Below are positions 51,684 to 64,000 of a DNA stretch of 64,000 nucleotides, in pieces. Below the pieces are notes generated by a model, which was not told where the DNA came from, did not search any database, and saw only the letters and a program-made list of their open reading frames with translations. Both the position numbers and the translations under genes were made by a program. Each line of letters starts with the position of its first letter. The first letter of the stretch is position 1. The DNA is from Octopus sinensis (taxonomy: Eukaryota), in the NCBI RefSeq assembly GCF_006345805.1, contig NC_042997.1:102858001-102922000 (forward strand), in the 5' to 3' direction.

Positions 51684-52050
51684 ATAGTTGACGTTGCATA
51701 TCCCTTTGACCCACGAGTAGTCAAGAAGGAAGGCGAAAAGATAGATAGAACCCTCTTAAGTACGAAATAGCCCGGCTTTGGAAAATGAAGAAGGTGAAGG
51801 TAGTGCCAATTATTGTTGGGTCCTTGGGAGTAGTATCAGAAGGCATCAAGAGGAATATAAAGTAAATTGAAGTAGAGTTCCCAGTATAACTGTTACAAAA
51901 GGTTTGTCTCCTTGGCACGGCCAGAATAATCAGGGATGTATGAGATAACTGAAAAGAACAAATAGCATGAACCCGTAGGCTGCATGTAGTAAGTCCTCTA
52001 TGCAAGCAAAACTTCAGGAATGTCAACAAAACCTGTGATAAAGAGAAAAT
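51684..52050 (+). mobile_element. R4/Dong-like RLE 3' fragment, different subfamily
   Basis: IVDVAYPFDPRVVKKEGEKID..LKYEIARLWKMKKVKVVPIIVGSLG...LLQKVCLLGTARIIRDV*. Confidence 0.85.
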
Positions 52051-52228
52051 AATGATTATGATGATGATGATGATGGTGATGATAATAATAATAATAATAA
52101 TAACAATAACAACAACAACAAAAACAAAAATAACAATAACAATAACAATAACAACAACAATAATAATAATAATAATAATAGTAGTAGTAGTTGTAGTAGT
52201 AGTAGTAGTAGTAGTAGTAGTAATAATG

Positions 52229-52265
<37 letters not shown>

Positions 52266-52336
52266 TAATAATGATAATAATAATAATAATAACAACAATA
52301 ACAATAATAATAATAACAATAATAATAATAATAATA

Positions 52337-52373
<37 letters not shown>

Positions 52374-52375
<2 letters not shown>

Positions 52376-52738
52376 CCCTGATGCAGTATCAGGCAGAGGA
52401 AGTGTTATGTACATTGTTTTGTCTTCGTATAAAACAAGAGCTACAGCAAATGTTCTGCTCAGTACCACAGATTTGCTTGTCAGTTGCTTGACCTTAACCA
52501 GATGGGCATGTCTCTTTGTGGCTGACGATATGTGCATCTTAGATGACGAGCAGAATTAGTGGGGAAGCATCATAGGCCTGGATTTTGTGGGGAGGGGTTA
52601 GTCAATCACATTGACCCCAGTCAATTTATCGATCTGGAAAGGATGAAAGGCAAAATCGACCTCGGCGGAATTAATTCAGAACGTAACGGCAGACGAAATG
52701 TCGCGAACCATTTCGCGCGGCGTGTTAACGATTCTGCC

Positions 52739-52810
<72 letters not shown>

Positions 52811-53370
52811 TAATAATAAGAATAATTACTGGAGGCACAAGGACTGAAATTTTGGGGGATAGACTAGTCGATCACGTCGATCCAAAGTTTCATTGGCACT
52901 TAATCTGTCGACCCCGAAAGGATGAAAGGCAACGTCAAACTCGGAGGACACAGATTTGCTTGTCAGTTGTTTGACCATAACCAGTTGAGCATGTCCCTTA
53001 GTGGCTGAGGATATGCGCATCTCTGATCCCGAGCAGAAGTAATGCGGGAGCATCATAGTCGTGTGCTGAGAGGAATGTTTTGGAGTTTGAATAATTCATC
53101 TCTGGAAACATGTTTGTTTCGTTCAACATCCTTAAACAACCCTTATCCAGGGACCGTTTGAGTAGGATGGGCTACTCGATCTGAAGAAAATTCTAACTGG
53201 GCCCCACTGCATGGTCATGCACTGTTAATCTTGATACGAAATCACCATGTCGCGCTCATATGGTTGCGATGCACGTTCCTGGTGTATCAGACGGGTAGTC
53301 GTGATGGGTATACTGGGTTTCGTAAATTTTACCCCAATTTCACTTTGATGGCATACACTGCTCTCTCACT

Positions 53371-53371
<1 letters not shown>
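52374..53371 (+). mobile_element. Family E fragments (52374-52575, 52946-53371) interrupted by minus-strand SINE D pieces (52580-52740, 52830-52945) and (AAT)n
   Basis: 5' start gatgat-gccctgatgcagtatcaggcag; 3' end ctctctcactc-aataacaataat. Confidence 0.78.
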
Positions 53372-53620
<249 letters not shown>

Positions 53621-53765
53621 ACTTATTTCATTCATTCGACTGGAAGATTTTTGTTCGAATGAATCGACCTCACTCCTTTTGTTTTTTAATAACCTCAATA
53701 CATATTCTATCTCTGACATTTACCGGACCTTTAAGTTATGGGAATGTAAACACGCAATAATGATT

Positions 53766-53812
<47 letters not shown>

Positions 53813-54129
53813 AATGATGGTGATGGTAATTTTTTTTTAGTAGAGACTCAAGGGAACATTGAAAGCAGTGACTAATCGATTAACCGACTTCAATATTTGA
53901 CTTTTATGTATATCATCGACCACGTAAGGATAAAATCAGCCTTATCTACGCAGAACGCAAAGTGACATATCTAAATATTAGCCTCCATTACAATTTAAGC
54001 TGCAAATATTGAATTCAAACCTTTGTCAAAGACACGGGAAATAACGCAAAAGTCTTGTGGGAATTTAATATCTGAAGAAACTAGGCCAACTAATGCATCA
54101 TTTATATTACTGCCATCTATCCTTTACAC

Positions 54130-54160
<31 letters not shown>

Positions 54161-54423
54161 TACATACACACACGCACACACACTGACGCACAGACACAGA
54201 CCCATATACACACACACGCACGCACGCACACACATACACACATATATCCAAATAAAATGAAGGTATATATATATATATATATAAGGAAAATAAGACAAGG
54301 TAGAAAATGCTAAAATAATGTTATCATGTTATACATTTTGTAACAGTTAGTACCGATTTCAGTCTTTTCGACTTTTTCAAGTAAGAGTAAAACAAAGGTA
54401 GATATTAATTAAGAAAAAACAAT

Positions 54424-54455
<32 letters not shown>

Positions 54456-54515
54456 ACACATTACATGTACCACGCCGTCGCATTGTTGTTTTTTATGTTT
54501 GTTCTTTTTGGGATT

Positions 54516-54583
<68 letters not shown>

Positions 54584-54771
54584 TACTCATATATATATAT
54601 ACTCATATATATATGCATATATATGTGTATACATATACACATACATATATATTTACTCATTAAATATATAAATATATGCATATATATGTGGGTGTATGCA
54701 TATATATATATGTACACACACTTTTACTCATATACATATATTTACTGTTATATTTAGTAGATTGGTTATAC

Positions 54772-54936
54772 CTATGACATTTGTACAATTATTTATTGCA
54801 AAGTAATTTTCTTTTTGTAGGTCCTTGATTTGATGGGCAATAATCGATAATTCATTTTCACGTATTTGGAATTCTAGAAGAGATTCACTCGACTGGCTTT
54901 CTGCTATATTTTCACAACCCATATTAGTACGAGGTA
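54772..54936 (-). CDS. Candidate 165-bp internal coding exon of an unidentified host gene
   Basis: Acceptor ttttcattgttttgcag| and donor ATAG|gtataa; open frame PRTNMGCENIAESQSSESLLEFQIRENELSIIAHQIKDLQKENYFAINNCTNVI; symmetric phase 1; no homolog recognised. Confidence 0.25.
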
Positions 54937-56071
54937 CTGCAAAACAATGAAAACCCATTAATCATATTCAATCTTTTTCCGTAAAGCAGGGAGTTATACC
55001 TCAACACAAAACCTATTTATTACTTTATTGATTGAGTCCATTGTTTTATTAATTGTACCGGAACATATTGAGTAAAATGTTGCGAAAAGAATTCTGCAGT
55101 TATGTCTTATTGGATAGTGAAAATATATTACTGTATTATGTCACATCAATTCTTCTGTTTAAGGATGAAAATCTATATTTGGCATTAAGTAATAAACAAG
55201 AAACTCCTGCCTTAAAATAGGAATAACTTAAAAATACAGGGTTAAAGGCAATATTAGAGAAAAGAAACAATTAAAGGCAGTAAAAAATATTCCAGTTCAT
55301 AGATAAAGAGAAGCAAGATATACTCTGGCGTGTGTCCAAGGCCAAGCTTCAATACAAGGCATATGTAATGCGTATGAGGCTCAAACCGATATTAGTTTTG
55401 TGAAAGGAAGTAATAGAATGTGCTTCACTTGGTCATGATGGCTGAGAAAGTGTACAAATAGAACAATAGCAAAGAATATTAGAGTCTCTATTACCATTTG
55501 CGCTGGAAATAATGCGCAGGAAATTTCAATACAAAAGCCTTGTGGGCTTTTTACTTTACCCAATATCCAAACAGAAAGGACCAATGAATACAAAGGATGT
55601 AGTACAATAAATGTTTTATAATTGACATAATTTTTTTACATGGAAGCACGATATTATTTTCCACAATATTCGAATTGACAATAAAAAACAAACAAACAAA
55701 AAACGAAAGGTGAAGGTGAATGAAAATAGACATAAGTTCCACACAAAAGCCTGCATTTCTTGGAACTATAGATATTGTAAAAGTAACAATTTCTCCTCTT
55801 TGATCAAAAGAAATATTGTTTTTCATTACTCAGTTGTATATATAAACATAGCGGCATGCACAGTCTTGTGGGAAATTTACATAAAAATAGACTGCTCCAA
55901 GAAATAGGCTATCATGAAGCAGTTTACAATAATATAATTAGAAAGAAAAAGAGAAACCGAGTACTTTTAACTGTGTAACATTTATACCTTTTTTATCTTT
56001 CTGGTTGATTAAGAATTTTGATGCTTTCAATGGCAATATCTTTATATCTCGGTGGAAATAAATAAATGAAT

Positions 56072-56135
<64 letters not shown>

Positions 56136-59065
56136 TTATATTTGTTTTTTAGCATACGCGATCTGTTTGAAGTTAATGTTGACATGAACCAATAATTTTT
56201 TTGTTACACAACAGTGATAGTAAAACAAAAAACTTTTATCGACGTGAAGAAATATTTTCAATGTTATGTAATCATTTAGTAAAAAGTAAAATGGCTATAA
56301 CTTTGATATTTATGCGTGGTTATTTATAATAAAGCAATTTTTTTAACAACTTGGTTTGGCGAAAGTACTAAAAATAATTAATCCTTGTATATTTGGAATT
56401 CAGGAAGAGATACGCTAGTTTGGTTTTTCGTTTTCTCAACTTAATATTAGTGTGGCATACAGTAAAACAATGAAGACCCAGTAATCGCATACATTTTCTG
56501 TCCTTAAAGCAGTCAATTATTCGTCAACAGACAATCTATAAAACGGAACATTTGAAAGTTATGCTTTGGTTACATAATTCATTGATAAATATAGGAATAA
56601 ATCTTAAATTCGAAACATTCTTTTATTGTGAAGAAAATGGTACTGTAAGAATGCAAGCTTCCACAGTCTTCACTAATCAGACGTAAAATTTGTGAAGTCT
56701 ATACTTTTATTGAAATATGTACAAAATATTTACGCTTTAGCCTTATAGGACACTTCCTGTCGATTTAATCCCACTTAGCTGTAACACGGATATTCAAAGC
56801 TATAGCGTATATTCATGATATTGATAAAAATCTGAAAGATAAATTTTGGTCTGAAAATGCATAACGTGAGTGATAAAAAAATATTTATTTTTATCGTAAA
56901 CAACAAAACAGGAAATTGTTAGATCTGGTTCCACTCGAAATCTTGCTTGATCAGATTTTTTTGATGACGTTGGTAACATTCTAGCGAATGATGATCGTAT
57001 TCTTGAGTTGTTTTTCTTTTTGTATCCGATATAGTGATCCGATATAGTGAATTGAATGATGTGATAAGAATAGTTCACAAATTGTAGATGTGAAGTGTAT
57101 AAAAGAAGATGCATTAGAAAAGGGTGAATGTAAAACTAAGAAAATTGCAGATGGTGCAAAGTTAATCTAGCTGGAACACCATTAGGAGACGATTTTGTGC
57201 ACAATGCAGTGCTGTATTATACAAGTGCTGTACAATCAAGAGGTGCAAAAGTCTGCAAAACTAGGATTATGCAAAAAACCCAAAAAGCAACAACAAACAA
57301 ACAAAGAACTCCGAACAATACGCATAAGGATTCAGTATTGGGGTCAAATGTTTGACCAGAGTATAATTGTAAAAATACTAGGAAAGAAGATCAGATAACA
57401 TATATATGTACGTGACCCAAGTGAGGATGGCCACCTGTGTGACTGAGTGAGTGACTCGTACATAGTCATGTGCATGTACACCCATGAGTCGGTGTAGTGT
57501 CTACCAGTGGGTCGATAATTGCATATTCATTGTGTATTTGTGCATTTGACTATGTGCAATTAAACTGAATACTAATGAGTCGGTATTTTAAACCAATTCA
57601 GCTATTTCCGAGCTTAAGAACATAAGCGACTGAAGTAGGCTGGCATCTATCCGATACAATTTTATGAATACAACTAGCAATGAATGTGTTCGCTAAGTGT
57701 CTATGCTCATATTGTGCACATGCTAGATGCTTGTGAGTGGTTTTTTTTTATTGCATCGGGTATAGTGATCCGGGTTTCTATTGCTAAATATTGTTGCTAA
57801 AGATTGTTGCTCAGTGAAGCAAATATATTCACAAAGTTTGAGGAAGAAGAAGGAAAGTGGGTGTTAGGAAATTTTTTTTATTAATGAAGCCTTTCTTAAC
57901 ATGCCTTATTTACTACGATCCCAATCGAAAGTTTAGCATTTCATTCATCTAAGAACTGCACTATTGTGTTTCACGACTTAGATTGTTTAGGAAATGTACT
58001 GACCAATCCTTCATTGTTTGAACTGCATTCCTGCAGTGTACTTTTACCACTTATATGTGTCCGCTAGTTATTAATCTACAATTCAAATTAAACATTAGTT
58101 ATATTAACCTAATTCCATTCCTTCTGAGACCAAAAGATAAAAACAATGTTACACAATCACAAACACTGGCATATAACCAAAAGAAAAAAGTAAAACATTA
58201 AACATTTAAAAAAAGGAAGAAAAAAACGAATAAGTCCTATTTTCGTATTCCATGTGGAATGCTTCCATAATTAGTACTTGTTTTTAACCATATTTACAAT
58301 GTTCTCTGGGGTTGTTGAGAATTCTAAATTCCTTCTTCATACAGAACGAACTATTACTATGATCTTCTCACATTATAAGCAAAAAGATAACCAATAACTA
58401 CAAATGGGCTCACTGTGGCTTTGTTCAATGAGAGCTTTGAAAAAAAACATATGTTTACAAGAAAAATAGTTTAATACACTAGTGGATACTGGTCGTATAA
58501 AAAATGACAATATTAGATGTTAGGTATTACAGAAAGTTTAGATTAAACAGCAGGGAGTTTAACAGTAAACCATTGAAAGATTGTATATATTCACGATAAT
58601 ATGGCACTTTGAGTTGACATCTGTGAGGATAAAATTCTTTTTTTCCAATGTTTTTAGAGTTTTGAAAGCTGAGAGAAGAGAAAGAAGAAAAAGTAAGGAA
58701 ATGAGAAGAGAAAAGTTATGTCAAACTTTTCGAATATTCCGTGATAGAAACAATTTTAAGATACTTAAAGAGACGGACATTAAAGTGTAACAGGAAAGTA
58801 AAACAGCTTATATATAAATTTTCTTGGGAAGATCAAAAGAAACAAGATATAACACTTAAACGTTTTAATAAATTGAAATTGTTGCTGAAGGTAAAATCGT
58901 CAAGTTGGTTAATAGTTTAATATGTTCGACTGATATTAATTTTGGTAATTATTAAAGGTAGTATTAAATGTATCGATTGATATTCACTATATATATCCTG
59001 TTGATTGCTATTAATCAAATCTGTGAAAGCAGAGGATTGGCGGAAAACATTGAAAAGTGTTTCGT

Positions 59066-59239
59066 AGGAGTGGCTGTGTGGTAAGTAGCTTGCTTACCAA
59101 CGACATGGTCCCGGGTTCAGTCCCACTGCGTGGCACCTTGGGCAAGTGTCTTCTACTATAGCCTCGAGCCGACCAAAGCCTTGTGAGTGGATTTGGTAGA
59201 CGGAAACTGGAAGAAGCCCGTCGTATATATATATAATAT

Positions 59240-59282
<43 letters not shown>

Positions 59283-59493
59283 TTGTGTCTGTGTGTCTGT
59301 TTGTCACCCAGCATCGCTTGAAAACCGATGCTAGTGTGTTTACGTCCCCGTAACTTAGCGGTTCGGCAAAACAGACCGATAGAATAAGTACTAGGCTTAC
59401 AAAGAATGAGCTCTGGGATCGATTTACTCGACTATAAAGGCGGTGCTCCAGCATGGCCGCAGTCAAATGACTGAAACAAGTAAAAGAGTAAAG
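59066..59493 (+). mobile_element. SINE family A
   Basis: Full copy with gtaaaagagta tail. Confidence 0.92.
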
Positions 59494-59732
59494 GAATTTA
59501 ATTACATTTTAGATTATATGTTCAAATACTACCGAAGTAAACTTTTTCCTTTCATCCTTCCGGGACAATAAAACAAAGTACTTGCTAATTAATGAGTCAA
59601 TATAATCAACTACTTCTGCCCTGATCTCAAATGCCAAAGCCTAGAATCTATGGTAGAAATTAAAAGTAATATTAATCAAAGCCCTGTGCGCGGTGAATTG
59701 GCTTAATTAGTAGAGCAGCGACCAAAAAGCAT

Positions 59733-60552
59733 GGATCTTTTCGGTTTAAACGGCAGTTTTTAACATATTTTCTAGGTAACTAAAAAATTTAAAAATTCGT
59801 ATACTGGTAGAATGTGTTTATAAAACATAATTTTCTCTCGGCTTTATTGAGAAAATTCTATAGTGTGTAACATGTTTCGTCTTTAATTTCTTGCATTTCG
59901 GCAATTTTAACCAATCAAATACGTCCATTGAGGTAAACAACATTCTGTGCCGTATGAATATGTCCCTCGTTTAAGAAACAGATTGGGTTTATTTACATTT
60001 GTGAAGAAAAAAAGATACCCTACCCCCACCCCTAACCCTAACCCTAACTAACCCTAAATCTAAAATTGATTGAAATGCAATAGATCGATACTAAGGTCAT
60101 AATTATGGGTGACAATTTCATATGATACCGCTAGAAAAAACTGCCATTTTCTCTAGTGGTGTCATATGAAATTGTCACCCATAATTATGACCCTAGAATC
60201 GATCTATTCCATTTCAATCTGTTTTAGATTTAGGGTTAGTTAGGGTTAGGGTTAGGTTTAGGGGGGGTATCTTTTTTTCTTCACAAATGTAAATAAACCC
60301 AATGTATTTCTTAAACGAGGGACATATTCATACAGCACAGAATGTTGTTTACCTCAATGGACGTATTTGGTTGGTTAAAATTGCCGAAATGCAAGAAATT
60401 AAAGACGAAATATGTTACAAACTACAGAATTTTCTCAAGAAAGCCAAGAGAAAATGATGTTTTATACACACATTCTACCTGTATACGAAGTTTAAAATTT
60501 TTTAGTTACCTAGAAATTATGTTAAAAACTGCCGTTCAAACCGAAAAGATCC
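59733..60552. mobile_element. Palindromic MITE family M1, second copy
   Basis: ggatcttttc...gaaaagatcc termini; TSD aaaagcat at 59725-59732 and 60553-60560; ccctaaccctaaccctaactaaccctaaa in the arms. Confidence 0.92.
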
Positions 60553-61569
60553 AAAAGCATTCTCTTTTCAGTTCAAATCTTATCGAAGCCAATTTTAACT
60601 TTATCATTTCAGCGTCTATAAAAATGGCCGAGGAAAAGCTGTAAAATGACATTGCGGTAATTAGTTAATTAAGTATTTAGTACAAAGTCATCTGAAGTTG
60701 ACTATGACCTTCATTCTTTCGGAGTCAGTAATATATCAGTAAAATATTTAGTTTGAATTATCCTGAGCTAATCTATTATAAAAAGAAATAGAAAATTGAT
60801 GTCAATAAGAGCTACATGACTGAACATCAGTTATGTGTAACAAACCCCCTTTTCTGTATCGCCAGTCAAGCACATAACTCCGCCTTTTCTGTCTGTTGAA
60901 AGAAGAGAGCCCGATACGTTAGAGTTTCAACCCCCTGCAGCAATTGAATATATCCTACATTCAGCGGACTTTCAATTTGATTTATTTTTGCTGAGATAGG
61001 TACTCATCATATGGCAGTTCAGATCAAAAATAATTTGCTATTTCATAATCATGTTAATCCATGCTGCTTTCTTCGTGGTCCAGCTATCGACAACTAGCCC
61101 GGTAATATCACTCAAAGGCTTTACCCACGTGCGTGCATGTATGTGTGTGTATGTGTGTGTTTGTGTGTTTGTGTGTGTGTTTATGTGTGTATGTGTGTGT
61201 GTGTGTTTGTGAGTTTGTGTGTTCGTGTTTGTGTGTGTATGTACTAAATACTTAATTAACTAACGACCATCCTACAAATGGAGCGGTGTTCTATTAAGGT
61301 TAATTTTGCTGACTCTCTCGACGATCCACTGTACCTAGTAATCTCTTTAACACGTATGTTGTCTTTCTCCTGACTCAGGAAGATCTAGGCGAGGGGAAGT
61401 CCTTGATACATACGAGAAACCAACCAAAGTGACTTCAATCAGTTTGGTTACGATTATATTCATATTATTACGATAACTGACTGTTGATGAATCACGTTGT
61501 TCTAGTTGTATTGTCGAAAATGGCTGGCATGTGATATTCAATATAATTCATTTTCAATTTTATTAAGTT

Positions 61570-61790
61570 TATAAGGCAGCGAACCGACTGAATTACTAGA
61601 GAATCGGAAAACTGCTTGCCGTATTTGTCCCAACTCATTACTTTCTGATTTCATATCCTGCCGACATCAATTCTCCCTTTCATCCTTTCGGGATCGATAA
61701 AATAAAGGGCCAGTCAAGTACTGAAGTCCATATTATTGATTTATCTCATCTCTTCAAAATTGCTGACCTTGCTCCTAAAACGGAAACAAT
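61570..61790 (+). mobile_element. SINE family D, degenerate
   Basis: cctttcatcctttcgggatcgataaaataaag core. Confidence 0.65.
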
Positions 61791-61826
61791 TTTACTAAGA
61801 CGAATATTTAATAAAATAAAAATTAT

Positions 61827-62318
61827 CAAGGAGGTGCTAAACATTTCCTGACTTTAAGGGTACCGCAAAAGGCCCAGTTGGAGGCCTAACCTTCCCAGTT
61901 CTTTTGCAGGGCTTAGAAAAACTGAAGGGCTGTTTCAATAAGTGTATGAATTTGAGGGGAGAATATGTTGAACAAAATAACTATTAACTGATCTTCCTGT
62001 ATTTTCTTTTACCCAAAGTCAGGAACTTTTCATTCCTCGTATGTATGTGTGCATATATGTATGTATGTATGCATGTATGTATGTATGTATGTATGTACAT
62101 ATATACATGACGGGGTGTTGAAAAGTTCCTAGCTTTAAGAGTATTGCGAAAGGCCTGGCTGGAGGCGCAAACTTCCCAGTTCTTTGACAGGGCTTAGAAA
62201 AACTGAAGGATCACTGCAATAAGTGTGTGAATTTGAGAGGGGAATATGATGAATAAAATCATAATTAACTAATCGGTCTGTATTTTTTTTACTCAAAGAA
62301 CTTTTCAGCATCCCACGT
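61827..62318 (+). mobile_element. Two adjacent mariner-derived MITEs of family M2 (61827-62039, 62109-62318)
   Basis: Same TIRs and GLEKLK...NKC.NLRGEY interior as 15547-15771. Confidence 0.85.
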
Positions 62319-63083
62319 TATGCTTCTATTTTTATTTTGCTGCCAATTCTTTTGAATGATTCACATTCTAGCACCATTAAAGGAGAGTTCATAATATAAA
62401 CGTTATATAGCTGGACAAAATTATGGTATTAGCTTACATCTCTTTACTTTATACAAACACAGATAATTGTTACTAGCACACCCAGAGTTAATTATCAGAC
62501 CTCTGGAGCTCTGAGGTTCAAAAAGGTAAATAATGTCATAATAATTTATGTCAAAATTGTTGTAATCATTTTTCTATTAGTCAATGATGTTCTAACTTTT
62601 CCTTTTATATTTAGTCGTAACACGTTTGCCTTGATCAAGCAGACTTACGATAGAAGACGTTCCAGATGCGAACATCATTCATTTCCCCATACATTTTACT
62701 GTATCCAAGATTATATCATTTGACGTATCTGTTGTTGCTTAGCTCCAGATTTATCTCAAAAACTGTAACTATCACGTTTTTATATTCATTATCTTTAAGA
62801 CTGTAGGCGTGTTAGAGGAATATTCGGCTGCTGTTTTCGCAGGTACAGCGGCCATGCGGAAGATCTCCCTTGTTTATGAAGATGAGAGGGAATCTTGCTT
62901 TTAAAAAACAAAGTCACGTTTTTCTGCAATATATCTTTTACCTTTTACTTTATACTTGTCTCAGTTATATTAGACTACGGCCATACAGGGACACTGCCTT
63001 GAAGAATTTTTAGCTGAACGAATCGACCCCAGTATATATTTTTTAAGCTTGGTACTTATTCTATCGATCGCTTATAAAATCAT

Positions 63084-63478
63084 TTACTCTTTTACTCTTT
63101 TACTTGTTTCAGTCATTTGACTGTGGCCATGCTGGAGCACCGCCTTTAATCGAGCAACTCGACCCTGGGACTTATTCTTTTGTAAGCCCAGTACTTATTC
63201 TATCGGTCTCTTTTGCCAAACCGCTAAGTAACGGATACATAAACATACCAGCATCGGTTGTCAAGCAGTGCTAGAGGGACAAACACACACACGCATATAT
63301 ATATACATATATACGACGGGCTTCTTTCAGTTTCCGTCTACCAAATCCACTCACAAGGCTTTGGTCGGCCCGAGGCTATAGTAGAAGACACTTGCCGAAG
63401 GTGCCACGCAGTGGGACTGAACCCGGAACCATGTGGTTGGTAAACAAGCTACTTACCACACAGCCACTCCTGCGCCTT
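63084..63478 (-). mobile_element. SINE family A
   Basis: Reverse complement of a full family A copy. Confidence 0.92.
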
Positions 63479-64000
63479 TAATATTCTTTATAATATATCA
63501 TGCTTGCATAACCAAATACCACGTACCTACAAGTTATTAATATTTACATACCAGCTTCAGAAATGCGTTTAGCATGTAAATTGGTATATCTAATAACTTA
63601 ACGCTGCTGTATGTGGTGGTTATATAAGCAATGTGTTCGGAGTCGAGCGTGGGTTAGATGGGTGCTGATGGAGGGACTAAAAAACCCTGAAATATGGCAT
63701 ATACACTCATTATCCGTTTCTATCTTCGATCTCATTGTTTGTTTACATTTGACATACATGCTGGAATTATCTTCTTTAGTTGTTGTTTCTTTTATAGATT
63801 TTAATCACTGCTAGGGGTCAGATTTTGCTTACTTATTGCACGAATGATCTTGGCTAACAAACATTTTCCAAATAACTATATATCATATATGTGAGTCTCT
63901 ACTTATTTCTATTTAGTATGCAGAAGGTGCCCGTAAGATATTTATCTCCCAGCCCCACATTGTTGATAACAATAACATATATAGATAATTGAAATCTTTT

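Noticed and set aside
55200-55600. Class A GPCR-like pseudogene (WILG..., PCIEAWP..., FSLILPL)
   Set aside because: No DRY or NPxxY motif, helix spacing too short, and T-rich strands give hydrophobic translations by chance.
55700-55930. Resemblance to a CatSper-beta C-terminus or the iGluR GFC motif
   Set aside because: Only a few residues match from memory and the frame has a stop; not supportable without an HMM search.

Overview
This is AT-rich eukaryotic DNA, very dense in microsatellites and transposable elements. The SINE families and repeat landscape suggest a cephalopod such as Octopus; that is recognition from memory, not a database result. I found no intact host gene, rRNA, full tRNA or CRISPR array, and nearly all ORF-track entries are translations of simple repeats. 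The window is a nested graveyard of mobile elements: at least four tRNA-head SINE families (A-D, my labels), an (AAT)n-tailed non-autonomous family (E), Penelope-like elements (PLEs) with GIY-YIG remnants, RTE, Tx1/L1 and R4/Dong-like LINE fragments, maT (DD37D), mariner, MULE, hAT and 8-bp-TSD MITEs, and Helitron-type elements. Four observations stand out. (1) Several hammerhead-ribozyme-like motifs occur, including a canonical type I motif inside a ~341-nt direct-repeat unit (44588-44640) and a long-helix-II variant in a Neptune-type PLE terminal repeat. (2) A 10-copy ~350-bp tandem array carries a variable (AAC)/(ACC) tract in every unit (35111-38586). (3) Two trinucleotide-repeat domains hold five R4/Dong-like 3' ends, family E and SINE D, all abutting (AAT)n-type tracts with consistent polarity. 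(4) Fold-back and inversion structures recur at (TA)n tracts; some may be long-read assembly artefacts. Boundaries were counted by eye and are approximate unless a TSD or motif is quoted.
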